From Candidatus Doudnabacteria bacterium (GTDB lineage: Bacteria; Patescibacteriota; Doudnabacteria; UBA920; VMFF01), in the NCBI GenBank assembly GCA_963840645.1, contig CAWIZL010000002.1:273663-337662 (forward strand): 64,000 bases of DNA, in the 5' to 3' direction. Of this stretch, positions 25,234-34,775 are shown one piece after another; the stretch's first letter is position 1, and each line of letters starts with the position of its first letter. The notes below the pieces were generated by a model. It saw nothing but the letters and a program-made list of their open reading frames with translations. It was not told the DNA's origin and ran no database searches. The translations under genes and the position numbers were made by a program.

Positions 25234-26205
25234 CTACTTTAAGGTATTGATCGGAGAACCGTTTATGAATGCTGCAATTTCATCAGTGGCCGTCTTTATA
25301 ATGGCATCTTTTGCCTCAACGCTGAAAAACGCAATGTGTGGCGTGATGTAAACGTTCGGGTGGGCAATGAGCGCCTTGACTGCTGCTGCCTCTGGCGATG
25401 CCGGGTTGTTCTCGAACGCAGTCTCACCCTCAACCACGTCCAGGCCTACAGCGCGCAGCTGGCCACTGTCGAGCCCTGCAATGAGCGCTGCTGTCTCTAC
25501 AATTTCGCCGCGCGCTGTGTTCACGAGCAGAGCGCCGTGCTTGAGCTTTGAAATATTTTCCGTGTTGATGAGGTGGTGCGTGCTCGGCATGTACGGCACG
25601 TGCACGGTGATCACGTCAGACTGGGCAAGCAGCTCATCGAGCGTGACGTACTTGAAGCCGAGCGCTGTTGCCTGTGCCTCATTTGGGAACGCATCGTTTG
25701 CAATGACGTTCACCTCAAAGCTGCGGGCGAGCTGGGCAACGTTCAGGCCAATCTTGCCAGTGCCGAGGATGCCCAGTGTCTTGCCCTTGAGGTCAAAACC
25801 TTCAAAGCCGGCAATGCTGAAGCTGCCTGTTTCTTGAACCTGCTCAGCACCTTTGATGGTGTTGCGGCACAGGTCTAGGATGAGGCTGAACGCAAACTCT
25901 GCCACAGCTCGTGCGTCGTACGCAGGCACGTTGCACACGGCAATGCCCTTTGAAATTGCGTGGGCAACGTCAACGTGGTCAAAGCCAGCTGAACGCGTGA
26001 TGAGCAGCTTTGTCTTTGGGAGCTGGTCGAGGATTGGCGCGCTCAGGTCTGAGTGGATGAAAGTTGATACAATCTCTGCGTCTGCTGCCGTGGCAACATT
26101 GGCAGCTGTCAGGCGGTCAGCTGTGTACGTTGCCTCAACTGAGGTGAGGAGGGGCGTTAACTTTTTAATGTCTTCTTCATCACACTCGTAGAATGCTGCT
26201 TTCAT
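25234..26205 (-). CDS. D-isomer-specific 2-hydroxyacid dehydrogenase (D-lactate dehydrogenase-like)
   Basis: GKTLGILGTGKIGLNVAQLARSF (NAD-binding fold)..LLVNTARGEIV..ITPHIAF. Confidence 0.9.
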   Translation of the reverse strand: MKAAFYECDEEDIKKLTPLLTSVEATYTADRLTAANVATAADAEIVSTFIHSDLSAPILDQLPKTKLLITRSAGFDHVDVAHAISKGIAVCNVPAYDARAVAEFAFSLILDLCRNTIKGAEQVQETGSFSIAGFEGFDLKGKTLGILGTGKIGLNVAQLARSFEVNVIANDAFPNEAQATALGFKYVTLDELLAQSDVITVHVPYMPSTHHLINTENISKLKHGALLVNTARGEIVETAALIAGLDSGQLRAVGLDVVEGETAFENNPASPEAAAVKALIAHPNVYITPHIAFFSVEAKDAIIKTATDEIAAFINGSPINTLK

Positions 26206-26248
26206 TACGTTTTCATTAAATTTTAATGTGTGTATCCAAATGGTAACA

Positions 26249-26791
26249 TTATTTGTACTTCTCGTATACCTCGTTGAAAATTTTTAGGTACGCATCGTGA
26301 ATTGACCTGACGTACCCAATCTCTAGAACTTCATCGTTGTACTCTGTGGCAGATGCTGTCCAGTTGAAGCTTCCTGATGCGTACGAATTTTCAGTTACCA
26401 GAATTTTCATGTGCACAATGCCAGTGGTCTGCTGTGGAATCTCGAGCGGAATGCCGTACTTCTGCAGGAGTTTGACTATGGGTTTTTCCTGGGCAATAGT
26501 TGCCTGGCTTGGGTCGAGCACGCCTCGAACGTCCACGCCGCGGAGCTTGGCGGCGACGAGCGCGTCGGCAATGTCAGTCTTGGTGAACGTGTACACCACG
26601 AAGTACGCGTACAGGTGGGCTGCGTTGATCTGCGTGATGAGGGCTACGTCAGCCGGCGTGTCCTGGTTGTAGATCACGCTTGTCTGCGCGTACGCGTTTG
26701 CGGTAATGCGCTGGTACTGCGCAACGTTGCCGTACGCGAGCGCGGCAATGAGGCCGCACGCTACGGCGACGGTTTTTGGGTTGATGTCCAT
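26249..26791 (-). CDS. Phospholipase D-family (HKD) nuclease-like protein
   Basis: HKD motif: VHMKILVTENSYASGSFNWTASA. N-terminal signal/TM. Confidence 0.75.
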   Translation of the reverse strand: MDINPKTVAVACGLIAALAYGNVAQYQRITANAYAQTSVIYNQDTPADVALITQINAAHLYAYFVVYTFTKTDIADALVAAKLRGVDVRGVLDPSQATIAQEKPIVKLLQKYGIPLEIPQQTTGIVHMKILVTENSYASGSFNWTASATEYNDEVLEIGYVRSIHDAYLKIFNEVYEKYK

Positions 26792-26878
26792 CGCCCCATT
26801 GTACAGGGTGCACGTTAAGTTTGGATTACGTTCTGAAGATTTGGGCTTGCCTTGGAAACTAGAATATGCTAGAGTAGT

Positions 26879-27385
26879 ATGGTAGTGGCGAGGAGGATTT
26901 CCATGATTTCCATGTCGCAGAAGAACTTGCCAGATTGGAAAGACACTGAGTCTGGCAAAAACGTTTTACGCATAAACGGCAACCCCACGCAGAAAGTGTC
27001 TGCTTGCAACGCGGTCATTTTGTTCACCGTAGCCATCGTTGGCTGCGATGCGCTGAAAGTATTGGTGTTCGGTGGTAGGCCGTCACTCGTGCTCGATGGC
27101 TGCGTGCCGTTCTTCATTCTGGTGGCTGCAGTTGCCATCAGGTACCAGTATGCCACCAGCCTGAAGAGGTTGGACGCCGTTGTAATACGGCTACGCAACG
27201 AGAACCCGCACCAGGACCTGTACGTATTGTTTCAAGCTGCCAAGGAAGCATGGTTGAGGTACTCCATCCGACAGATGTATGGGTTCGTGCACGCTCCCAT
27301 CGCTGAGGACATCGAGGCTCTTTTCGCGGGAAACAGTACCCGCAAACAGTCGTTCTTCAGTCTCTGGCCGCACCCCTCTTGGTAG
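26879..27385 (+). CDS. Hypothetical membrane protein
   Basis: Track ORF followed directly by a strong terminator. I preferred it over the overlapping antisense ORF 26869..27198. Confidence 0.4.
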   Translation: MVVARRISMISMSQKNLPDWKDTESGKNVLRINGNPTQKVSACNAVILFTVAIVGCDALKVLVFGGRPSLVLDGCVPFFILVAAVAIRYQYATSLKRLDAVVIRLRNENPHQDLYVLFQAAKEAWLRYSIRQMYGFVHAPIAEDIEALFAGNSTRKQSFFSLWPHPSW

Positions 27386-27395
27386 GCTTTTAAAA

Positions 27396-27434
27396 CCCCG
27401 TGCGCAGCGCTGCTGTCGCACGGGGTGATTTTTT
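27396..27434 (+). terminator. Rho-independent terminator
   Basis: CCCCGTGCG..CGCACGGGG followed by TGATTTTTTAT. Confidence 0.7.
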
Positions 27435-27870
27435 ATCCTACAACTTTTCTTATTCTCCGCTCAACGTCACGCTTCTTTATAGACTCACGCTTATCGTACT
27501 TTTTCTTGCCGCGGCCAATGCCAATGCGGAGCTTCACGAGCCCGTGGCCAGCTGTAAAAATGTTCAACGGAATGATTGTCGTGCCGCGCTCTGCGCCGAT
27601 GAGCGACATGATCTCGTTTTTTTTGAGCAGCAGTTTCCTGTCTCTGTCTGGGTTGTAGCCAACTTCTTGCGCAGCGTACTTGTACGGCGTGACGTGCGCC
27701 TTCACGAGCCACGCTTCGCCGCCGCGGATGCTGACGTACGCACCTGTGAGTGAACCTTGGCCAGCTTTCAGTGATTTAACCTCGCCACCAGTCAATGCTA
27801 AACCAGCGACCATTTCATCTGAAATGGCGAAGTCGTGGACTGCTTTTCTGTTGCTGACGAGCGTTGGCAT
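27433..27870 (-). CDS. smpB: SsrA-binding protein
   Basis: NRKAVHDFAI..GGEVKSLK..YNPDRDRKLLLKKNEI..GIGRGKKKYDKRESIKKRD. Confidence 0.95.
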   Translation of the reverse strand: MPTLVSNRKAVHDFAISDEMVAGLALTGGEVKSLKAGQGSLTGAYVSIRGGEAWLVKAHVTPYKYAAQEVGYNPDRDRKLLLKKNEIMSLIGAERGTTIIPLNIFTAGHGLVKLRIGIGRGKKKYDKRESIKKRDVERRIRKVVG

Positions 27871-27898
27871 GCATGTATTCTATGGTATAATTGACGAT

Positions 27899-29633
27899 AT
27901 GAAAAGCTACGTGCGGAAGTTAACTTCAGAGGCGCTGGGCACCATGTTTGAGCGTGGCCAGATTTTTGCCATCCCGGAGTTTGACTTAGACGTGCCGAAA
28001 AATTCAAAGAGCGGCTTTGGCGACTATTCCACGAACGTGGCATTTTCGATTGCGCGCGAGATTAAAGTTAATCCGCAGGAAGCTGCTGAGATTTTGGCGA
28101 AAGAGATTAAATCTCTCGACCAACGTGGCTTGTTTAATGAAGTCGTGGCAGTTAATGGCTTCATTAACTTTTCATTTACAGTGAAGGCGCTCGCAGAGGC
28201 AGCCTCAGACATTAAAATTGAACAGTACGGCGTAGGCAAGAAAGTTCTATTTGAGTACTCAAGCCCAAACACGAACAAGCCACTGCACATTGGGCATACC
28301 CGCAATGATTTGCTCGGCATGGCATGCATACATTTGCTCAAGGCGACGGGCCATGGTGTTGTCAGTGGAGAAGTGGTCAATGACCGCGGGGTACACATCA
28401 TGAAGAGCATGCTCATGTACATGAGGCACGGTGGCGGCTCAACGCCAGAGTCTACCTACACAAAGGGAGACCACTTCATTGGCAAGTACTACCAAATGTT
28501 TGCCACAGAGTGTTCTGTGAGCCAAGAGGCAAAAGTAGAGCTAGAAGAATCAGCTCAAGAGCTCCTCCAGAAGTGGGAAGCAGGGGATACTGAGGTACGC
28601 GAGCTGTGGCATAAAATGAATGCGTGGTTCTACGCGGGCATCAAAGAAACGTACGACCGTGAAGGTTCTCACTTTGATTTTGTTGACCACGAGAGCGATG
28701 TGTACGACAAGGGTCGTGACCTTGTGCTCGTTGGAGTGGAGAAGGGCATCTTCCAAAAAGAAGAAGACGGCAGCGTGTCAGTAGATTTGACGAGCGAGAA
28801 GCTCGACAAGAAGTACCTGCTGCGCAAAGATGGCACAACAATGTACATCACGCAGGACATGTACCTGTGGGATTCTCGCAACACCCGCTACCACCCTGAT
28901 CTGACAGTTGCAACTGTCGCCTCTGAGCAGGCGTACCACTTCCAGGTTCTGGCAAATATTTTCAAGCTGCTCGGCTACGAGTGGGCTGACAAGTTCATGC
29001 ACCTCTCGTACGAATTTGTATTCTTGGGTAAGACAAAAATTTCCTCGCGGTCTGGCAACACAGTTTCAGCTGATGCTCTATTCGACATGGTGAAAGAAAA
29101 AGTGCGCGAGACAATGCGGGCATCGCAGAAGGTGCGCGCTTCTGTTGACGATGGTGCGCTCGTCGAAGCTATTGCATTTGGTGCCATTAAGTACGGCTAC
29201 TTAAAGTACGACCGCAACACCAAAATTTACTTTGATATTGACGAGACAGTTGCCGTTGAGGGCAACACAGTGTCCATACCTGCAGTACGCGTACGCGCGC
29301 ATCAAGAGCGTGCTGCGGAAGTCTGGCGTCGATGTTCAAAGGCTTCCTTTGCCTGAAAAACTATCAGAGCAAACAGAGCTCGATGTTCTGAGGTTCGTCA
29401 GCCACTACCCAGAAATCGTTGCAGCGGCCAGCAAAGAGATGAAGCCAAATCTCGTGTGCAGCTACCTGTACGAGCTGGCACAAAAGTACAATGCATTCTA
29501 CGACCAGGTTTCTATCCTACAGGCAGAGGATGAGGCAGTGAAGCTGCAGCGCCTGAGCCTGTGCGCGTGCACTGCGAACGTGCTGGCACACGGTCTGGCG
29601 TTGCTCGGAATAAAGACTGTTGAAGAGATGTAG
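27899..29633 (+). CDS. argS: Arginine--tRNA ligase, with a 1-nt indel near 29272
   Basis: Start trimmed to the ATG at 27899 (MKSYVRKLTSEAL). SSPNTNKPLHIGHTRN (HIGH). ORFs 27680..29356 and 29232..29633 join as ..VEGNT / PYLQYAYARIKSVLRK. Confidence 0.9.
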
Positions 29634-29635
29634 CC

Positions 29636-30016
29636 ATGCTCTGTGTCGAGACAAAAATTGCCGCGAGTAACGTTCAAGGCATTGGTCTTTTTGCGAACCA
29701 AGCAATTCCACGAGGCACAGTTGTCTGGCGGTTTATGCCAGGCTTTGATCTGCTGATGCCAAAAGAGAGCATTGAAAAACTATCAGAGCCAGCTAAGAAA
29801 CAATTTTACAACTACGCTTACTTAGATAAAGCTCACGGTGAGTACCTACTGTGTTCTGATGATGCCCGTTTCTTTAACCACAGCGACCAGCCAAACTGTG
29901 ATGATGGTAAGGAGGATGTGACGATCGCCATGCGAGACATTCAACCTGGCGAAGAGCTGCTCGTGAACTATAAAGATTTCTATGGGGATATAAGTGACCA
30001 TACAGAGATAGGTTAG
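29636..30016 (+). CDS. SET-domain protein (putative lysine methyltransferase)
   Basis: GIGLFANQAIPRGT..ARFFNHSDQPNC..GEELLVNY. The ATG lies 2 nt after the argS stop. One sampled 60-nt line (29761) is 33% GC. Confidence 0.8.
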   Translation: MLCVETKIAASNVQGIGLFANQAIPRGTVVWRFMPGFDLLMPKESIEKLSEPAKKQFYNYAYLDKAHGEYLLCSDDARFFNHSDQPNCDDGKEDVTIAMRDIQPGEELLVNYKDFYGDISDHTEIG

Positions 30017-30072
30017 TCGTGGTACAGTGCATACGTATTGACAAAGATTTTTTACAGGTGTATCGTTACCTT

Positions 30073-30157
30073 GTGCTTGCGGGGCGTCAGCCCTATTCGG
30101 CAATCAGCTGATACAAGCACACAAAAGTAACCACAAAAGTGGTTCTTTTTGTTTTTT
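30073..30157 (+). ncRNA. Candidate small RNA (promoter, stem-loop, terminator)
   Basis: TTGACA (30038-30043), a 17-nt spacer, then TATCGT (30061-30066). This is followed by an 8-bp stem TGTGCTTG..CAAGCACA, then AACCAC-AAAA-GTGGTT plus CTTTTTGTTTTTT. Confidence 0.3.
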
Positions 30158-30164
30158 AATCTAT

Positions 30165-30674
30165 CTATTGCGAACCATCCTTCATTGTGGAAAATAGTTT
30201 AGCATCGCGTTGTTTGCTGGTTATCCATGCAGGTATAACGCTCCAAAACTGTTTCCGCGCACCTTCTCCAGCCTGTTTGATGACAACCTTAATTTTTCTA
30301 TCATCGATAATGGCAATGAGACCCCAAAATTTTACAATTCGTTTTTCTTTTCTACGTCTTTTATGATCCATTTTGCCAAATTCTTGCAGCCTTTCTTCGT
30401 ATTCTTGGTGAGTCGTGGTAATTTTTATCAAGTGCAAAGCTTGTGGAAGTAGCTTAAACCTTGCGATTTGAACTCGCTTGTCTCTTTCTATGTGTCTTCC
30501 TTTGTGAATGAAGTGTTTGAAGCCACCTGCGTTTAAAGTGACCTCTGATGCAAGAGCTGGGCAGTATACTGTATTTGCTTGACCATAGAGAGCCATTGCC
30601 TCGGCTTTTATTTCTTCATAATCATGTGTATCAGTCATCCGCAAAGTGTAGCAGCGTCTCGAAAAAAATAGCAA
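30165..30674 (-). CDS. Hypothetical protein (the start may be the internal MTDTHDY at 30638)
   Basis: Track ORF in low-GC sequence. No family recognised. Confidence 0.5.
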   Translation of the reverse strand: MLFFSRRCYTLRMTDTHDYEEIKAEAMALYGQANTVYCPALASEVTLNAGGFKHFIHKGRHIERDKRVQIARFKLLPQALHLIKITTTHQEYEERLQEFGKMDHKRRRKEKRIVKFWGLIAIIDDRKIKVVIKQAGEGARKQFWSVIPAWITSKQRDAKLFSTMKDGSQ

Positions 30675-30716
30675 AAAAGTTAATAAAATTTTAATAGCTA
30701 AAGGGAAAAATTGAGT

Positions 30717-30744
30717 TTGCTAAATTTGTTCGCAGTGCTATACT
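30717..30744 (+). promoter_or_regulatory. Promoter of the ileS leader
   Basis: TTGCTA (30717-30722), a 16-nt spacer, then TGcTATACT (-10 box at 30739-30744). Confidence 0.55.
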
Positions 30745-30749
30745 CTATG

Positions 30750-30945
30750 TACAAGCGCTTGACCTGCCATCAGCAGGGAAGTGGCAAGTAAGTAGCAAGC
30801 CACGCGTCGGTAGAAGAAATTTTGTCTCAAGAAGACAAGGCGAAAAACTAGACCTACCCGAGAGCCTCTCGTAACAGGCACAATTGAGCACCAATCAAGA
30901 TGGTACCGTCTGCACAGGCAGGCTCTTGAGACACGGTGTTTTTTA
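30750..30945 (+). promoter_or_regulatory. T-box riboswitch leader (Ile) upstream of ileS
   Basis: Antiterminator: TCAAGA (30895-30900), bulge TGGTACC, GTCTGC-ACAG-GCAGGC, then TCTTGA (30924-30929). The T-box core TGGTACCG is present. The alternative pairing ACCGTCT/AGACACGGT is followed by TTTTTTATTTTT. Confidence 0.6.
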
Positions 30946-30966
30946 TTTTTATTTAACCAGAAATAT

Positions 30967-33954
30967 ATGCCAGACGAAAAAGATGTGCCAGCAAAAGTTC
31001 ACCCAGCAATAGAAGCAGAGCTAGAGGTGCTCGCGCACTGGGACGACCACAAGATTTTCCAAAAGTCGCTCGAGAAGACGCGCGAAGGCAAGCCCTACGT
31101 GTTCTACGATGGCCCGCCGTTCGCAACAGGCCTGCCGCACTACGGCAGCATCTTGCCGTCAGTGGTCAAAGATGCAATCCCGCGCTACTGGACAATGAAG
31201 GGCTACAGCGTTCGCAGGCGCTGGGGTTGGGATTGCCACGGCCTGCCAATTGAGCAGCTAGTAGAGAAAAAGCTTGGCATCTCTGGCAAGAAGCAGATTG
31301 AAGAAATTGGCATCGCAAAGTTCAACGAGACGTGCCGCGAGAACGTGCTCGGGTACGTGCACGAGTGGGGCAAGACAATCCACCGCATTGGCCGCTGGGT
31401 TGACTTTGACAACTCGTACAAGACAATGGACTCAACGTACATGGAGTCTGTGTGGTGGGCGCTCAAGCAAATTTGGGAAAAAGATTTGGTGTACGAAGGC
31501 CGCAAGGTGCTGCTGTTCTGCCCGCGCTGCGAAACCCCGCTCTCAAACTTTGAGGTTGCCATGGACAACTCGTACGGCGACGTCACGGAAGAATCGCTCT
31601 ACGTGCAGGTTCCGATTGTAGAATCGAGCTTAGAAAACCTCCACTCGCCGTTTGCAGAAAAGTTGAAGAGCCTGAATGAAACTGCCAGCTTCATTTTCTG
31701 GACAACAACTGCGTGGTCTATTCCAGGCGACGTTGCCCTCGCGGTGGGCAACGAAGTTTCGTACTCGCTGGTGCGGGACAGCCGTGGCCTATTCATTGTT
31801 GCCTCAGAAAAAGTCGAGACACTCTTTGATGGCGCAGAAGTTCTGTACACCGCAAAAGGTTCAGAGCTTGTTGGCATTGCGTACACGCCGCCGTTTGATT
31901 TGCCAGACCTGCGCTCAGAAAAATCTTTCAAAGTGTACGACGCAGACTTCGTGACAACAGAAGACGGCACTGGCATTGTGCACACAGCAGTCGTGTACGG
32001 CGAAGACGACTACAACTTAGGTCTGCGAGTTGGGCTGCCAATCGTGCCAATGATCACGCAGAACGGGCTCTTCAACGATGCGGCACCAGAGTTTCTGCGC
32101 GGAAAGTACTACCGCAAAGGCGAGCCGTTGATCATGGAGCAGCTCGAAGCCAACGGTAGCCTATTCAAGCGTGAACCTTACACGCACTCCGTGCCGCACT
32201 GCTGGCGCTGCAACACGCGCCTGTTCTACAACGCAATTCCAGCGTGGTTCATCAACATTCAAAAAATAAAGCTACAGCTACAAGAGGCAAACCGTGACGA
32301 GGTGAACTGGTACCCGCACCACTTAAAAGAAGGACGCTTTGGTAAAGGCCTAGAGACTGCACCAGACTGGAACATTTCGCGCAACCGCTACTGGGCAACG
32401 CCACTGCCATTCTGGAAGTGCACCAGCAAGTCGTGCGGCCGCGTGAGGTGCATTGGCAGCCTCGAAGAGCTCGCAGACTCTGCCGTAAACTTTGATGAAG
32501 TCTACGCGTCGCGCGACATCAAATTTGTTGACCTGCACAGGCCGCAGATAGATCAGGTGAAACTACAGTGCGCAGTGTGCGGCAACGAAATGCAGCGCGT
32601 CGAAGAAGTCGTTGACTGCTGGGTTGAGTCTGGCAGCATGCCGTTCGCAGAGCTGCACTACCCGTTTGAGAACAAAGGTGTGTTCGCTAGCCGCTACCCA
32701 GCGCAGTTTGTCGTGGAGTACATTGCCCAGACGCGCGCGTGGTTCTACGTCATGCACGTTGTGGGCACGTCGCTCTTTGGCCACGCGCCGTTCCAGAACG
32801 TGCTCACCACGGGCGTTGTCGCTGGCACTGATGGCGGCAAAATGTCAAAGTCAAAAAATAACTACCCAGATCCAGCGGTGCTCTTTTCAAAGTACGGCGT
32901 TGATGCCATGCGCTTCTACATGCTCACGTCGCCTGTGATGCTCGGTGAAAACTTGAACTTCAGCGAAGAAGACGTAGACGAGGTGTACAAGAAGCTGGTC
33001 CTCATGCTGCACAACGTGCTCGCGTTCCTGCGAACGTACAGCGCTGAGAAGTTTGAAGCGGGCAGCGCGCCAGAGCCTCGGCACGTGCTCGACCGTTGGA
33101 TTTTGGTTCGCCTCCACCAGCTCCAGGCGAACGTCACAGAAAATTTGGACAGGTACGACACTGTTCGCGCTGGCCGCCCAATTCTAGATTTTGTGAATGA
33201 CCTGTCAACCTGGTACGTGCGGCGCAGCCGCGATAGAATGCGCTCGTCTCCAGACGAGGTGAAGGTGCTGGCGCACGTCCTCACTGAACTGGCAAAGCTG
33301 CTCGCGCCGTTCACGCCGTTCATTGCAGACTACCTCTACCGCGACCTGACGATAGGCGAGAGCGTTCACCTGGAAGACTGGAGTGCCGATGCTGCTTCAG
33401 CACCGTTCACAGAAGACGAGACAGCACTCATGGCCTCAATGGCCAGCGTGCGAGCTGTCGTAGAGCTTGGCCTGTCAGCCCGCAAAGAGGCCAGCATGAA
33501 GGTGCGCCAGCCGCTGCAGTACGCGTCGTACACTGGCACGCCGGAGCTTGGAGCAGAGTTGAATACGGTCATTGCAGAAGAGCTGAACGTCAAAGAGGTT
33601 GCCCACGCACCAGAGCTAGGGCTGATCGAAGATTCAGTGCTGCGCGAGGCAGGGGATTTGAAAGTTCTGCTGAGCACTGCCATCACGCCAGAGCTGAAAG
33701 AAGAAGGGTACGCTCGCGAGCTGGAGCGCCAGGTGCAAGATTTGCGCAAGCGCTTTGGCCTGAACGTGGGGGACATGATTGACGTGTACTACAACACGCA
33801 GGACACGCTGCTCGAAATGGCCATCGTCAACAGCTTTGACCGCAAGAAAACGTTCACCGTGCAGGTGAAAAAAGAGCTGGAGGTTGAGGCAGATTTTGAG
33901 GCGCAGGTTGAAGTAGACGGCAGGCCAATTTGGCTGGGCATAGTGAAAGTGTAA
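30967..33954 (+). CDS. ileS: Isoleucine--tRNA ligase
   Basis: 995 aa. PFATGLPHYGSI (HIGH-like), GGKMSKSKNN (KMSKS), and CWRCNT / CAVCGN zinc motifs. Confidence 0.97.
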   Translation: MPDEKDVPAKVHPAIEAELEVLAHWDDHKIFQKSLEKTREGKPYVFYDGPPFATGLPHYGSILPSVVKDAIPRYWTMKGYSVRRRWGWDCHGLPIEQLVEKKLGISGKKQIEEIGIAKFNETCRENVLGYVHEWGKTIHRIGRWVDFDNSYKTMDSTYMESVWWALKQIWEKDLVYEGRKVLLFCPRCETPLSNFEVAMDNSYGDVTEESLYVQVPIVESSLENLHSPFAEKLKSLNETASFIFWTTTAWSIPGDVALAVGNEVSYSLVRDSRGLFIVASEKVETLFDGAEVLYTAKGSELVGIAYTPPFDLPDLRSEKSFKVYDADFVTTEDGTGIVHTAVVYGEDDYNLGLRVGLPIVPMITQNGLFNDAAPEFLRGKYYRKGEPLIMEQLEANGSLFKREPYTHSVPHCWRCNTRLFYNAIPAWFINIQKIKLQLQEANRDEVNWYPHHLKEGRFGKGLETAPDWNISRNRYWATPLPFWKCTSKSCGRVRCIGSLEELADSAVNFDEVYASRDIKFVDLHRPQIDQVKLQCAVCGNEMQRVEEVVDCWVESGSMPFAELHYPFENKGVFASRYPAQFVVEYIAQTRAWFYVMHVVGTSLFGHAPFQNVLTTGVVAGTDGGKMSKSKNNYPDPAVLFSKYGVDAMRFYMLTSPVMLGENLNFSEEDVDEVYKKLVLMLHNVLAFLRTYSAEKFEAGSAPEPRHVLDRWILVRLHQLQANVTENLDRYDTVRAGRPILDFVNDLSTWYVRRSRDRMRSSPDEVKVLAHVLTELAKLLAPFTPFIADYLYRDLTIGESVHLEDWSADAASAPFTEDETALMASMASVRAVVELGLSARKEASMKVRQPLQYASYTGTPELGAELNTVIAEELNVKEVAHAPELGLIEDSVLREAGDLKVLLSTAITPELKEEGYARELERQVQDLRKRFGLNVGDMIDVYYNTQDTLLEMAIVNSFDRKKTFTVQVKKELEVEADFEAQVEVDGRPIWLGIVKV

Positions 33955-33967
33955 GCTGCGTGTTTCC

Positions 33968-34717
33968 ATGCTCGCCGTTATCTTGAAGAAAAATATTTTT
34001 GCAGAGGGGAGCGAGGTCGTGACCCTGTACTCGCGTGACGAGGGCAAGGTGCGCGCCGTCGCCCGCTCTGTGAAGAGCGCAAAGAGCAAGCTGTCTTTTG
34101 GGCTGCAGGATTTATTTCTGTCAGACGTTGAGGTGGCCGTGAGCAGTGGAGCTATGCGCTCGCACAGCCTGCCCGTGATCACCGGCGTGAAACCCCTGAA
34201 TACTTTCATGCACCTGCGCGAGAGCGACGTTGCCGTGCACCTCGCGCTGTACGCAACAGAGCTGCTGCTCAAGTCAACACCAGACCACGAGCCGCAGCCA
34301 AGCCTGTACGAGCACTTTGTCTCGTACCTTGAGCACCTGGATAGCGTGCACGCGCACCCGATGTGCCGCACCTGCTACACGCTGAAGTTTTTAGAGCTGA
34401 TTGGGTACGGCTTGGATTTGGAGCACTGCGCTGCGTGCAAGAAACGTTTGCCAGAGGATTCATCTGACACTGCCTACTTCAGCACTGCCAAGAGCGGCTT
34501 CGTGTGTGCTGCTGATGCGGCGAATTCGTTTGGAGCAAAGCCTGTGAGCGCTGCTGCCCTGCGCTTGCTCGCGAGCACCGCTGCGCAAGGTTTTGCTGAG
34601 CAAGATGCTGCGGCGGAAAGTTTGCCAGAGCAAGACCTGCACGCAGTGAGCAGTGTCATTCAAGACTTTGCCATCCACGTAATAGAGCGCGAGCTGAAGA
34701 CGGTGAGGTACCTGTAG
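33968..34717 (+). CDS. recO: DNA repair protein RecO
   Basis: An N-terminal OB-like region (ILKKNIFAEGSEVVTLYSRDEGKVRAVARS) and a C-terminal CAAC zinc motif. Confidence 0.8.
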   Translation: MLAVILKKNIFAEGSEVVTLYSRDEGKVRAVARSVKSAKSKLSFGLQDLFLSDVEVAVSSGAMRSHSLPVITGVKPLNTFMHLRESDVAVHLALYATELLLKSTPDHEPQPSLYEHFVSYLEHLDSVHAHPMCRTCYTLKFLELIGYGLDLEHCAACKKRLPEDSSDTAYFSTAKSGFVCAADAANSFGAKPVSAAALRLLASTAAQGFAEQDAAAESLPEQDLHAVSSVIQDFAIHVIERELKTVRYL

Positions 34718-34775
34718 CTCTACAGTTTGACTGCCTCTCGGTGCCATGCTAACGTTCTGCTAGAAGTGGAGGATT

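Noticed and set aside
25336-26191. Plus-strand ORFs antisense to the dehydrogenase gene (25336..25551, 25367..25837, 25573..25878, 25853..26191)
   Set aside because: They are fully nested in a well-conserved minus-strand gene and have low-complexity translations.
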